A DNA stretch of 64,000 nt from Octopus sinensis (GCF_006345805.1 NC_043001.1:45570001-45634000); one strand, 5' to 3'; shown: positions 25,441 through 39,193, counted from the stretch's first letter. Numbers and translations are program-made. Notes: generated by a model not told the origin, from the sequence alone.

Positions 25441-28400
25441 AAATGATGGGCAGAGGCCATCTAGCCTTGAATCTTTAATATGAATCTTTTTTTTTTTTTA
25501 TGTGGCAGATAGATATAAAATAATTGGATTGACTTCAGTGTATTGCTGTTATTCATTTTATTAAATACAGAGGGATGAAGAGCAAAATTATCTCTAGTGG
25601 GAATCAAATTTAAAATGTAAAGACACATCTAAATATGGAAATGCATTTAGTCTGGTACCCTACCATTTTTGCTACACCAGCAATTTATATTCTTTAATAT
25701 TGATTTGCTTTTGCATGAGTGAAAAGCTTTTTTTCTTTTTTTTTTTGTTCTTTTTCTTTTTATCTGTAGAATATTATTGATACTCATTTCGTGGCATCTT
25801 TTGACATGCAGTTAATTCTGGCTTGATTTTAATTCAAAACTGAGAGGAATGAAACTAAATATTGAGAAGTGCCTTCCATTCTTCCAGGGTGCCTGAAATG
25901 GTGTCATTGTATGTGGTTTGTTATATTCAATTCAATGTATGTACAGTGTGGAATAGTTAAGTAAGTATGGTATTGGATTACCACTCTCCAAATCTGATGT
26001 TACATAGCTTCTAAAAGAAGGACAGATTATTCTATGGACACTTCAGTTCACTTAGCTACCAGAAATATGTATGTACCAGATCATAAAGAAATGCTATCTG
26101 CAATAGACAGGCACACTATTCTTGAGGTGTTTTATCTTTCATCCATTTGATATCCTAAAAGTAGAGTTAAGCACCAGCATTGCAGATATTTCTAAAAGCT
26201 TAGATATTTATTTTATTCAATCCAGTATCATGTCTCATTCATTTGCAGCACCTTAGTTCTCAATGTTTTTATAAGTAAAACTGGAGATGTTCAGTGATAG
26301 AAAGCCAGACCAAATACAATTATAATAATATTTTATTTTATTCTTCACACTTTCAAGCTCAAATTCCATCAGGATCTATATTGTTTATGTCCTTCTAAGA
26401 CTGATGATAAAATATGTACTAGTAATATACTTAGTTTCAATCTAAGAATGAAATTATGTTGAAAATAGGTAGTTAGTGTCAAGCCATTTAGAAAAGGAAA
26501 AGCATCAATGTTTTGGATGAGGCTCTTAATCAATTGGAAGAGAAAAGTGAGAGATTATTTGGGAAGTAATATTTTCGCTTGGATTTTTTTTTAAATGTCC
26601 TGATTGTTATGAATGTCACTTTTCTGTATGTGGTTTCTTATAAACAAAAGTGAAGATGGATGGTGAGCAATATAGTGTTCAGGTACAAAAAAGGAAGTTG
26701 GCAAATATGTATGAGTACAACAGTGTGTGTAAGCAGATGGGTAGAAAAGATGAATGATGTGAATACATGTGAATTTGCATGTGTAAAAAGACAGGGTTGA
26801 AAATAGAAGGGAAGGAGTTAGAGGAAAAGTGATCGATTGTTAATTTCAGTAGGAGAAAATGTCCCCCAGCCAGAAAATCAGCCATTTGTTATGGAGACAA
26901 TAGTACTGTAGAGTTGAAATGGCATGTAACATGTTTAAAGAATCCATAGCTATTGCCTCGCACATCAAAGAAGTTAAATGAAGCAAATGCTGTTCTGAAG
27001 AATGAAATTCTTTGAAGAATTCTATTTGAGAGTAATTCTCCAATAAAATATTCACATTGTTATTGGTATTTTTGAGATCTTTATGAAGACATAGGGCCTT
27101 AGATATCTTAGAAAGGGGTATTATTGGAGTAGATACATTTTAATTCTTTTAACTTAAAGGCAATAAAATTGATTGAAACAGAGCTGAAGTATGAATAACT
27201 AAGCACTAGAAGTAAATGAAACAGTTGTCATTTTTAGTGCTGCTTCCACTTAGTACACTAGTTAGCTGTTCTATACATACCACTGAGCCCTGGCAGAGAC
27301 CAGTAGTTTAACATTACATCAACTCAGCCATCTCCAACTTTCAGAAAGGAAGAAATAACACTGTGTGATGTTCATCAAGCATGTAAGTGTCATGAGTGAA
27401 ATGGTAATGACTAGGAATCAATGCCAAGTCATTGCTTTGGTTTACTAGCAGGTCTTTCTGATTGCTATAGTATTTGCTATGAGATAAACAATGATCTCCT
27501 TTCTCTAGCCATATATTCACTCCACATTGCTATACTGATTACATAAAAAAGACAAGAGAAATTACAGCTAAACGATTTTGGAATTAAGTCAATGTTATTA
27601 TAGACCAGTAAATGAGCAGCTACATTAATCATTTATGTTTGCATTTTTGTATTCATCACAAGTTCATAACATCTGCTTCCTTGCAAATGTATGTCAAATA
27701 AAATAGTATAATGCTAGTGGTGATCTGTTTTGGCAAAAACCAGTTAATAAAATTCACTAGAATTCACCATTCTTCATGACGAATGAATTGATTTAATTTT
27801 ATAAATTTCTATGTCAAATAGTTCTTATTTGAAAAAAAAAAAGAATAAAGAAAAACATTTATAAATACAATCACCATTATTCACTTGATACAATGAATAT
27901 ATTTTTTTACCCTTTCATCTGCTTGTTCTTAGTTTTTTTCCTTTACATATTGGTATAGATTGGATTGGTTTGGTGAAGTTGGACATTTATATCTGAATTA
28001 ATAGGAAAATTATTTTTACAACCACCTATAAATAGCTCTGTCTAATTGTATATACTTGTGTGTGTGTGTGTGTTTATATATATATATGCTTTTGTAGACA
28101 GTCAAATATTCATACATGCACATATATATTATTTTTAATTAGCATAAGTTGCAAAGTGACTCAAAGGCCATGCCATGCACAAAATCCTTGGTCTTCAGTT
28201 ACTATGTAACGTCTGCTGAAGTGTATCTTTTACTTGTTTCAGTCACTAGACTGCAACCATGCTGGGGCACTACCTTGAAGAATTTTAATCAAATGAATCA
28301 ACACCAGTACATTTTTTTTACTTATTCTATTGGTCTCTTTTGCTGAACCACTATGTTACAGGGACGTAAACACACTAACACTGGTTGTCAATTGGGTGGG

Positions 28401-28444
28401 AGACAAACACACCCTCAAACATATATATATATATATATATATAT

Positions 28445-28498
28445 AACCGTCCAACCCATGCTAGCATGGAAAACGGACGTTAAACGATGATGATGATG
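28445..28498 (+). mobile_element. RTE-like LINE extreme 3' end
   Basis: aaccgtccaacccatgctagcatggaaaacggacgttaaacgatgatgatgatg. Confidence 0.85.
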
Positions 28499-28527
28499 TG
28501 TGTACATATATATATATATATATATAT

Positions 28528-29400
28528 CATCATCATCATCGTTTAACATCCGCTTTCCATGCTAGCATGGGTTGGACGATTTGACTGAGGTCTGGCAAAC
28601 CAGATGGCTGCACCAGACTCCAATCTGATCTGGCAGCTGGACGCCCTTCCTAATGCCAATCACTCCAAGAGTGTAGTGGGTGCTTTTATGTGCCACTGGA
28701 ACAAGGGCCAGTCAGGCGGTACTGGTAATGGTCACACTCAAATGGTGCTTTTTATATGCCACCTGCACAGGAGCCAGTACAGCGGCACTGGCAACGACCT
28801 CGCTTGAATGTTTTTTCACGTGCCACCCGCACAAGTGCCACTAAGGCAATGCAGGTAAAGATCACACTCAAATTGTGCTTTTTACGTGCCACCGGCATGG
28901 AAGCCAGTTTGTTGCTCTGGCAACAATCACACCCATATGGTACTCTTAGTGCTACACTAGCATGGATGCCAGCCATCGAATTTGATTTTGATTTCGATTG
29001 CCTCAACAGGTCTTCACAAGCAGAGTTTAGTGTCCAGTGAAGGAAAGGTATGCATAAGTGCCACGAGGTTATGGTCTCACTTGGGCTTGCCGAGTCTTCT
29101 CAAGCACAGCATATTTCCAAAGGTCCCGGTCACTAGTCATTGCCTCGGTGAAGCCCAATGTTCGAAGCTCATGCTTCACCACCACATCCCAGGTCTTCCT
29201 AGGTCTACCTCTTCCACAGGTTCCTTCAACCGCTAGGGTGTGGCACCCTTTCACACAGCTATCCACATCCATTCTTGTCACATGGCAATATCAGCGCAGT
29301 CGTTGCTCTTGCACGCCACATCTGATGCTTCTTAGGTCCAACTTTTCTCTATGCATACTGGCATTACACATCCATCAGAGCATACTGGCTTCATTCCTTG
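28528..29400 (-). mobile_element. RTE-clade LINE 3' portion (ORF2 C-terminus and 3' UTR)
   Basis: ORF 29069-29281 (-) reads RMDVDSCVKGC..VEGTCGRGRPRKTW..VVK..L...MTSDRDLW, with a (GAT)n tail at 28528. Confidence 0.85.
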
Positions 29401-30044
29401 GAAGTCTTGGTGAAGCGAGTGGTAATCGAAAGAGGGAGACAGACAGAGTGAGGCTGAGAGAGGGACAGAGTGAGCTAGAGAGAGAGAGGGAGAAGTGGTC
29501 AAGAACACGAGGGAGGAAAATATTCTTTCGGGATCTGCGTAACATAATTTAACGAGACAGCAAATGTTGATAATAGTAAAATAGAATTGAGAAATCTGAG
29601 AGTTTTCAGTCAGACAATCTAAGACAAAATTAGATAAATAAGTAACTGTGTGATAAAACTTTAATAGACAAATGAATCAATGAATTTGTGGTGGTTAAGG
29701 AAATGCGTAAACTAAGGTTGTCTTAAGGCAACAACAAGGAAGATGAAACTATTGAAAACTATATTTACATGATGACATGGTACTCAAATAGAATAATGAA
29801 AAAGAACTAACAGAGGTTTATGATCTGCGCAGAAATAGAAGAGTAGATGAAATGAAGTTGAAAAGACAAACTTCTTTTATATATATATATATATATAAAA
29901 TAAATATAAGAGAGTGGTCACTATATGGCTCACTCTAGCACCAGTTAATCCAAAAGGTTTCAACCACAAAAATACATGTTTCCCATGAAAGTCAGTATGA
30001 TTGTTAGCTCACACGGACAGGGCAAATAAAAAATAACAAAAATA

Positions 30045-30140
30045 CAGATTATTTTGGGACAATTGTTTCGCTATTAATGAATTAAATGTAATTTTACTTA
30101 CAAAAAAATCCACTTGTAGCTCGTCAGCCAAAACTATCTG
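30045..30140 (-). ncRNA. Type I hammerhead ribozyme
   Basis: Minus strand: stem I cagau-a-guuuugg / ccaaaau-a-aucug; core CUGACGA; stem II GCUA/UAGC with a 43-nt loop; GAAA; stem III AC-aauu-GU; GUC cleavage triplet. Confidence 0.85.
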
Positions 30141-30374
30141 GATGAAATCCACTCAATCACACGCCAGATTTTACCATAACGATAAATACGCGTGTGGTTC
30201 AATTGATTACATCCGACGTTATAATTCAAATGCCCCAACTAACAGCGCGACAAACTTTCACGGAAAACAAAATTAATTATATATATATATATATATTATC
30301 AGTTTCAGCTCAGAGCTGTGGCTATGCTGGGACACCGACATTTTGCTACAATGTTATTATTGAGAGCCTCCCCT

Positions 30375-30950
30375 GATATGTGGTATTTGCTGAATAAGGG
30401 AGTTTGATGTCGCTGCCCTTATTGCACATCTGGAACTCTCGATAGGAAGCGATCCACTTTTGATTTGAAACACCTACATCCACTTACTGTAGGTCCCTCA
30501 GGCTCTTTGCGAGAATATTCATATGTTGTGGGCCCCTGAAACCCAGGCTGTTGCAATAACTGGTCTCCAAGTGCAACAGCATTCTGGGAATCTTTGGCAC
30601 TGTGCAGTGGTAACCTGTTCTGGCATTTGTGTAGCTTTCAATGCCAAAATTTACCACAATCCCTTCCAGATGTATATCACTGCATATCTCTCCTACCTTC
30701 ACTCCAGGGAGTAGAGTCTTAGTTGCTTCCGCCTTTCCCAGTAGCTGAACTTTGTGAAGCTTTGCTGAATTGTTTCAAGGTCCACTGTTCATTTTACACT
30801 GTGGGGTGACCATAGCCGGGAGTGGTCTCCAGACCCACACTCGACCACTGTCAGGAAATACAGCAATTCTGGACTCCTCAGAGAATATGACAGTCTCCCA
30901 TAATGCTGCTGGCCTCTCCACTATCTCACTGGCCCAAAATTCTCTCTCTC
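30375..30950 (-). mobile_element. CR1/L2-type LINE ORF2 C-terminal fragment
   Basis: LEGIVVNFGIESYTNARTGYHCTVPKIP...SYCNSLGFRGPQ..NIL.KSLRDL (ORF 30484-30702). Confidence 0.7.
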
Positions 30951-30971
30951 ACTATATATATATATATATAT

Positions 30972-31335
30972 GTGGAGGCGCAATGGCCCAGTGGTTAGGG
31001 CAGCGAACTCGCGGTCATAGGATCGCGGTTTCGATTCCCAGACCGGGCGTTGTGAGTGTTTATTGATCGAAAACACCTAAAGCTCCACGCGGCTCCGGCA
31101 GGGGATGGTGGTGATCCCTGCTGCACTCTTTCACCACAACTTTCTCTCACTCTTACTTCTTTTTCTGTTGTACCTGTATTTCAAAGGGCCGGCCTTGTCA
31201 CTCTCTGTGTCACGCTGAATATCCCCAAGAACTACGTTAAGGGTACACGTGTCTGTGGAGTGCTCAGCCACTTACACGTTAATTTCACGAGCAGGCTGTT
31301 CCGTTGATTCGGATCAACCGGAACCCTCGTCGTCG
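30972..31335 (+). mobile_element. Young tRNA-derived SINE (family C) with a conserved-core-like body
   Basis: A-box tggcccagtggttagg, B-box ggtttcgattccc, CpGs retained, flanked by (TA)n. The exact named SINE family could not be determined here. Confidence 0.85.
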
Positions 31336-31352
31336 TAACCGACGGAGTGCTT

Positions 31353-31414
<62 letters not shown>

Positions 31415-31789
31415 TGCATTACTGCTTCTACCTATAAGCCTTAAAGCAAAATTGCCTTTAGCACTTACAGCTCATAGATCATTACAGGCATTTCAATGTT
31501 TCTGGAAAGAGTTCCTTATTTTTACCTTGCGTCAACTCATCTAGCTGTCTGAAATTGGCACAAGATCACCTGGGAAATTTACTTGTAATAGATTGGCATT
31601 CTAACAATGAAGAGATCTATTCATCATTCTCTTCATACCATAAAACCAGAGTTAAGCACTTAGGTCTGGAAGATTACTACAGAAGCTAAGAAGACAATTA
31701 CATTACACTTGTATCTTCTCATCTACACATGACAAAAATGTCTATAAGCACTGTTTTTCACTTTAGACTAACAAACATTTTTGTTCTTC

Positions 31790-31846
<57 letters not shown>

Positions 31847-32551
31847 TGTTCCCATACCAGAAGCATGGATATGGAAGTCCATTAACATGACCTCACTTAT
31901 TGTGATTTTATTAGCCATTATACTTCTTTTGAAATGCAAGGTTCAAAAGTAGAGCTGCTTTCTAAAATACTGTATTTAGCAGTATACCATATAGACGTAT
32001 AGTAAATATGAATCTTTGATGGATAAAAAAGCTCCTTTCTTAGTCTTCAATATTACACACTATAGATCTTATTAACTCTTTCAAATGTAGAGCAGCTGTG
32101 GGATATGAAAGAAACATATTTTGTCTGTTATATTGTTTGGAAATAGTATGGTTGAAGCATTATTCTTTTTAATAAATTACTTTTATATATTACCTCTTCC
32201 CTGATATAGTTCATTGAAAAAAAATAAACAGACATCTAGTTAGAACATTTATAGGCAAGTAGCCATTATGATTGCTTTAACAATTCTACACTTGAAAGAA
32301 GTTAACTGCCTGGCAACAGACTTTATGGTCGAAATAGTTTTATATGGTAGCCATTGTGATTGCTGCCAACTGCTGTGGACTTGAAAGGTAACAATTCTTG
32401 AAAGAACTTTCTTTAACATTCTTTGTTAACTTGAGCATATCTTTCTCCTATAAAACTGCTTTTAAGAAACTGATTCTTCTCATTTGAAGCAATTCAATAT
32501 TTTGCCCTTCAAATACTCACTATATTTTATAACAGAAGCACACATAGGCAG

Positions 32552-32555
<4 letters not shown>

Positions 32556-32609
<54 letters not shown>
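32556..32609. repeat. (CT)n microsatellite (others at ~48968 and 62394-62486; (CA)n at ~34601 and 61676)
   Basis: Read directly from the sequence. Confidence 0.98.
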
Positions 32610-32613
<4 letters not shown>

Positions 32614-33244
32614 ACTCTACTGAAAAATAGACATATATATTTGGAATGATAGGAATTAAATGAGAATTTATATAGAATAAAAGCCACACAATCACACCAA
32701 CCTCTACTGCCACCAGTTATTTGAGTTTTTTTTTTTTGAATTGGTGTGAAAATGTCTACAACATGGTGTTTCTCTACATAACTTGATACTACACATTGTT
32801 CAAGAAGTTTTCACTGTCTTTTTGTAACTGGATTCCCTTCCTATTTTTACTCACCATATCAATGAAAATTGAATATATTTTGTTAGATATGTATAAAGTC
32901 AATTATCTTTTACTTGTTCCACTCATTGTACTTTAGACATGTTGTGGCACTGCCTTGAAGGGTTTCGTAAAACAAATCAACTCCATGACTTATATTTAAG
33001 TCTGGTACTTACACTATCAGTCTCTTTTGCTGAACCACTTACTTACAGGAATGTAAACAAGCCAACACCAATGTCAAGCAATCATGGGGAACAAACACAC
33101 ACACATCATCATTTAATGTCTGTTTTTTTATGCTGGCGTGAGTTGGATGGTTTGACCGCAGTTAGTAAAACCGGGGGCCACACTGGGCTCCATTGTCTGC
33201 TCTGGCATGGTTTCTATGGCTGGATGCCCTTCCTAGTGCTTGTT

Positions 33245-34348
33245 TGTTTGTGGTGTTGTTAGCTAACTCCTCCTACATCGTTTTATTGATTTTGATGAAA
33301 CTTGGCATGTGAGTAGAACTCATGTCTAGAAACCTCGTGACATACTTAGATTGTTGAAAAAATCGACAATGCAGCCCATGGAAGGGACCTTTATATCTAC
33401 CTCGTATAACTAATTTTTTTTAAATACCCAAGGGAAATAACCCATAGCACCTGTACAATATTTTTTTAAAGCACTCAAGGGAAATAACCCATTTCATTGT
33501 TATGTTCGATTACTTTGAATATTGATTTTTTTGTGTGCCCTATTTCTAATTTTTGCAGACAATATCACTTTTATACTTTGACACATGAGTAGAACTCATG
33601 TCTGGAAACCTCATGACATTTAGATTGCTGAAAAAAAATCGATAATAGGGCCCTTCCAATGGATCCTTCTATCTACTACATAGTACTAATATTTTATTCA
33701 AACAACCCAAGGGAAATAACTCATACTACCTGCAGATTTTAGTGAAGTGATCAATATTTGATTCTCATGACCAGCCGACCTAATTCTGCATTTCACTACT
33801 CAGAGTTTTGAACAGCTAAACATTATTATTGCACTTCCTGAATTTGAATCTTAAACCTTCAAGACTTCGTTCATACATTTCTATACATACATACTTTTTT
33901 GAATGCCCATTACTCCAATAATTCAGCATTTTTACAGTTACACTTTTTCGATGACAGTAGATAAATTTTTTTATCCCACAACGTATTTGTAGTGGCTTTA
34001 TGCAGGCATAGCATGGATTCCATCCTTGATTGCCAAATTTCACTTAACACTTCAGCAGCACTTTTCTCACAGTAAAACAATAGTTTTTCTGTGAATGACA
34101 GCAGTTACTCATTTTCCAGATGCCTTTGCTAAACCGAATAATGTCTTTGCCTCTCGCCAACCTCCGACAACCTCTCTCGCCAACCTCCAACAATCTCTCT
34201 CTCCTTCAGCTGACAGTTTTTGTACTTTTTCATGACAGAAAATATACCTTTTGTGGTAGTTATAGCAAAATTGCTTTCTTATATCAGAGTAATAAGGCGT
34301 TTCAATAGATCATATTTACCCCCGGGAATTACCGGGTAGACCAGCTAG
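33245..34348 (+). mobile_element. Helitron-type element with an internal duplication
   Basis: 3' end cccgggaattaccgggtagaccagCTAG|T has the same architecture as 14069-14096. ~33300-33470 is repeated at ~33580-33730. The 5' boundary is uncertain. Confidence 0.6.
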
Positions 34349-34598
34349 TATATATATGTATATATATATACACACATACATACATATTATATTTTTTATC
34401 TTTTACTTGTTTTAGTTATTAGACAAGCTGGAGTATCACCTTGAAGGGTTTAGTTGGACAAAGCAGCCCAATACTTATGGGTTTGTTCTTTCCAAGCCTG
34501 TTGCTTATTCTATCAGTCTCTTTTCCTGAACCACTAACTTATGGGGATGTAAACAAGCCAACACCAGTTGTCAAGCAGTGGTGGAGGACAAAGACATA

Positions 34599-34645
<47 letters not shown>

Positions 34646-36254
34646 GATGGGCTTCTTTCAGTTTCCATCTAACAAATCTAATTACAAGGCTTTGGTCAGC
34701 CTGGGGTTATAGTAGAAGACACTTGCCCAAGGTATCATGCAGTGGAACCATGTGGTTTAGAAGCTAACTTCTTAACCACACAGCCATATATATATATAGG
34801 TTGCAGCACAGATCAGCTATTGTGTGTATGTATAGCTTATAGTCCCAGTAAACAACTATATGTTTATAGATACACGCACACAACTATTAGTTACTGTATT
34901 TATTATGTATGGTCTTTTATAAGCTGATCTACTAAACATCTACATTATATATTTTGACAGATATCACACTTCATTTGTTTTAGTACTCAACAGTACAATG
35001 CTGTAATGATTGATACAAAACTTGATTTGAATTTGATGTTACTGCCAAAAAAAGTGTGTGTGTATGTGAACTGTATCAAATATTTAAACCAATATTAAAA
35101 AATTATGGAAGAGAGTTTCTCTTACAAGTCATTGAGTATATAATTTTATGGATTTACTACATCTAAAATTGAACACAGAGACAGGTTCGACAGGTTCATG
35201 AAAGTGCTACTTTAGTAGTATTTTAGTATGAGGTCTCTTTTTTGATGAATTCAGTAATTTACATGTGTACACCCATGCTCAATTATTTTGTATAAGTGAA
35301 AGGTGAAGGCACAATACTCATGCTGTTTGTAGGCCTGTCCATACTAGTGATATTAACATATGTATTTCATGTTTGCACGAAAAATGTTGACAAGAAAGGG
35401 AATTCCAGCAGATTACAGTTTTGGGGAGGAAATATTGGGAAAAGGGTTTAATACAAAACTTCCCTAGTGAGACACAACATGATTAATGAGACTGGGAGAA
35501 GAAACAAGTAAGCCTGGATAGAGCAGGTTGAAGCTAACATGTTCAGAAGAGCATGGGCTACTATTGCAGATCAATTAGTACATATTTAAGCTAGTATCTG
35601 AAGCATGTTGATGAATGAATCTTTGGCAGTCAGTCTTGAGCTGGGATTATTTATTGACAGAAAGGTACTGTAGGTAATACATAGGATGAAACATCATAAG
35701 TGAAAAATTATTGTTCAAATTTTGGATACCATATAAAGTTTGCCCTGCATTACAGACAACTTTGCTGCTTTCTGGTTGATTTGTTGTTGTTTATCTTCAT
35801 GCCAGCCCTGATTATGAACACCTATCATCAATGGCATTGGAACCATGATTATCCCATCTGTTTATAAGTGCATCTAGAATCACATGTTATCTTTTGTGTT
35901 CATTTTCAAAGACAGTATGATATGATTTGAGGTCAAACAACTATGTAGAGGCTCTTTTGTTGGATCATTGCCACATGGCAGATGCTACAGATGTTGTCAA
36001 ACCAGACAACCAGGTTCAGTAACAGTTTATTCCCTAGTGTTGAACTTGGCATTCAACCATTGATGCAGGCAGACATATGACTCTAACTTTAATGTAGTCA
36101 TATTATTGTAATCTTTGCTATTGTATTATTGTTTAGACATTTCCCTTTTTTAATGTATTTGAGCTGGCAGAATCATTAGCACACTGGACAAAATGCTTAG
36201 TGGTATTTCACCCATTGCTACATTCTGAGTTCAAATTCCACCAACATTGACTTG

Positions 36255-36740
36255 ATTGTTTATGGTTATCATAAAGGAACCACTTTTCGTCACAAGTGAC
36301 TATTCGGTCAAGAAAAGGACCATTGGTGTTTCACAGAAAGAGCATCGAGCACACTTCACAACGCCAAACATTTTGATTTTCATTGAGCTCATGTGGTACC
36401 TATTTATCAAGCTTTTTCACCTTACCAATCTTCTGCAGATTGCATGAGACCGTTGCACTACTGACACCAAATGCCTGAGACATTTCTCAGACACTTTAAC
36501 GTGGGTTTTGTTCAACAATTGCTTTCAGTTGTTCATTGTCAAGACTGCATGACTATCCTCTACCGTCTTCATCTTCAAGGCTCTCCTCACCACTACAGAA
36601 TTACTGAAACCACCTTCATACTGTGTGATCCCTTGTGGACCCCTCTCCCCATGCTCTGTTGATATTGGCAGCAGTTTGAGAGGCATTGTGCCCAAGCTTG
36701 AACTCATGCAAGAAAAGTAAGCGAAGGTCCTTTTCTGTCA
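36255..36740 (-). mobile_element. Mariner transposase remnant (pseudogenised)
   Basis: GKVKKLDK*VPHELNENQ...FLDRIVTCDEKWFLYDN contains the mariner WVPHEL motif and the first catalytic Asp motif. HTH remnant upstream. Confidence 0.9.
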
Positions 36741-37369
36741 TGTTAATAATTAAGGGCACCTATGCTTCAAGAAAGTTTTCTATCTGAAATAAGTAGAAAA
36801 TTATTAAAGAGCATACATCAGTTATTAAGTATGTTGAAATTCATCTAAAATATAATTAAAATACTATGATAAAATTACATTTCAAAATACAACGCTTAGA
36901 GCGACCATTATTTTCAGAACAACCTAATACATACAAAATACAGTAGGGTTTCATGTATGAGACTGAAACTTCTCTGTTGCTTTCACCATTTGACCTATAA
37001 AGCATTATCTTAGTTTCCAAAATTTCATTTCACTGATATTATTGGAGTTGTCTTTCTTGCCTGTTTTTAAATTTTAAATGCCCCTATATGGAGTTTTTGT
37101 CTACTAGTTGCATAGTTAATCTTATTTAATCAGTTTTCAACTCATTATATTGAACAATTTGTTTACTCATTTCTATCAATATCTCTATACACACACCATG
37201 ACAACCATTGTAGATGTATACCTGTGAAAAAGTTATTTTCTTTATCGTCCAGTAGTCCAAACTTTCCAACAGCATATTCATAAAATGTACTCTTTGCTTG
37301 TTTATATTTTTACATTTGTTGCTACCACTGAATTGAACAACCTTAAGTTACAGTAAACTGACCTACTTG

Positions 37370-38125
37370 TGAGGCAAGGCAATGGATGTGCAATGTCAGT
37401 GTGCATGTTTGATAGAATGTAAGCATCTTGAGAGAAAAGTTGGGCATAAGTGACATCAGATGTAGTGTACAAAAGAGATGACTGTGTGGGCATGGTCATG
37501 TGATGCATATGGATGAGGACAGCTGTGTAAAGAAGTGCCAATCTCTAACTGTGGAGGAAACCTTTGGTAGAGGTAAACCCAGGAAGACATGGTACAAAAT
37601 GGTGAAGCATGATCTTCAAACTTTGGGCCTCACAGAGACAATGACTAGTGACCGAGATCTTTGGCAATATGCTGTGCTTGAGAAGACCCATTAAGCCAAG
37701 TGAAATTGTAGTCATGGCTGATGCTGATGTCACATAACTGGCACCCAGGCCAGTGGCATGTAAAAAGCACCTTTCAAGTGTTGGGCCTCATGGAGGCAAA
37801 GTGGCTGATACTGATGGCACATGAAAAACTACTTTTGAGTGTTGAGCCTCAAAGAGGCAATGACTGAGACCTTTGGCATTATGTTGTGATTGAGAAGAAA
37901 ACCCATCAAGCCAAGTAAAATCGCAGTCATGGCAGATACTGGTGTCATGCAGATGGTACCCATACCGGTGACACATAAAAGCATCAATTACACTCTCAGA
38001 GTGATTGGCATTAGGAAGGGCATCCAGCCATAGAAACCATGCCAAATCAGACTGGAGTCTGATGCAGCCTTCCAGCTTGCCAGCCCTGGCCAGCATGGAC
38101 AACAGACACTAAATGATAATGATTT
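37370..38125 (+). mobile_element. RTE-clade LINE 3' portion
   Basis: ORF 37500-37694 (GRGKPRKTW...MTSDRDLWQYAVLEK) is homologous to 29069-29281. Ends in a gataatgat tail. Confidence 0.85.
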
Positions 38126-38338
38126 TATATATGTGTATATATAGTCATGTGTTTTTATGTAGTAAACTTGAGTGTCCAGTGCATATTAAAGTATGTAGAA
38201 TGTGTTTGTACCTGTATAGGTAAGTGTCTATTTATATCCATACCATGGTCTCATGCAAATACTCAAGTGAATTATGGTGGTTTTCAGTAGATGTGAAACA
38301 AATACAGACATTCATTCACATGCAAATATATGTACACA

Positions 38339-38556
38339 GAAGGGCGTGCTGAAAAGTTTCTGGTTTTAAGGGTATCGTGAAAGGCCTGGATGGAGGCCCA
38401 ACCTTTCAAGTTCTTTTACAGGAATGAAAAAACTGAAGGGCCACTGCAATAAGTGTGTGAATCTAAGAGGGGAATATGTTTAATAAAATCATTAATTGAT
38501 CCTCCTGTATTTTCTTTTACCCAAAGCCAGGAACTTTTCAGCCCCCTAACTTGTAT
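38339..38556. mobile_element. Mariner-type MITE
   Basis: TIRs gtgctgaaaagtttctggtttt / aaagccaggaacttttcagcccc. Confidence 0.7.
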
Positions 38557-38560
38557 ATGA

Positions 38561-38593
<33 letters not shown>

Positions 38594-39193
38594 TCATCAT
38601 TTTTTTAACATCCACTTTTCTATTTTTGCCAATCTTCACTTGCTTCCAATCATGCTAATACTTCCCTATGGCCAGACATTTTTTCACAGAAAATTGGAAA
38701 TAAAGGATATTATTTGTATGATGGTGGCACACATTTATGACCATTGCATAATATCAACACAAGATGACTTAAACACACACATTGTTGTTATTTGATGTCC
38801 ATTTTCCTTGCTGGCATGGGATGGACACACATAACCAGCCTTCTGTGTTTGTCTACTAAATCCACTCACAAGACTTTGGTGGCCCAGAGTGAGACTAAAA
38901 TGGTTTGGAAGTAAAGTTCTGAACCATATAGCCATGCCTACACACAACACAAAATCTGAGAAATACACACATGCATTTTGTGTTGGTTTCTTTTATCAGG
39001 GTTCACTTTTTCTTTCTTTTCTTCTTTCCTTACGATCGCTGCTTCCATGAGCAACAACTATTCATATAATTATGTCACTCTAATCTGAAAATCAATATAT
39101 CCAACATTGCTTCAGTAATTCTGCCATTAGAATCTTAAGATTATTAGTGCCATACACACACACATATACACTTGCACACTCACAAACATGGTT

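Noticed and set aside
30972-31050. tRNA-like sequence with A and B boxes
   Set aside because: It lacks a complete cloverleaf and continues into a SINE body, so it is a SINE head rather than a tRNA gene. The same applies at 15312 and 21692.
31450-31689. 75-codon open frame (HLQLIDHYRHFNVSGKSSLF...)
   Set aside because: Open frames of this length occur by chance in 64 kb. The donor sites are weak and no motif was recognised.
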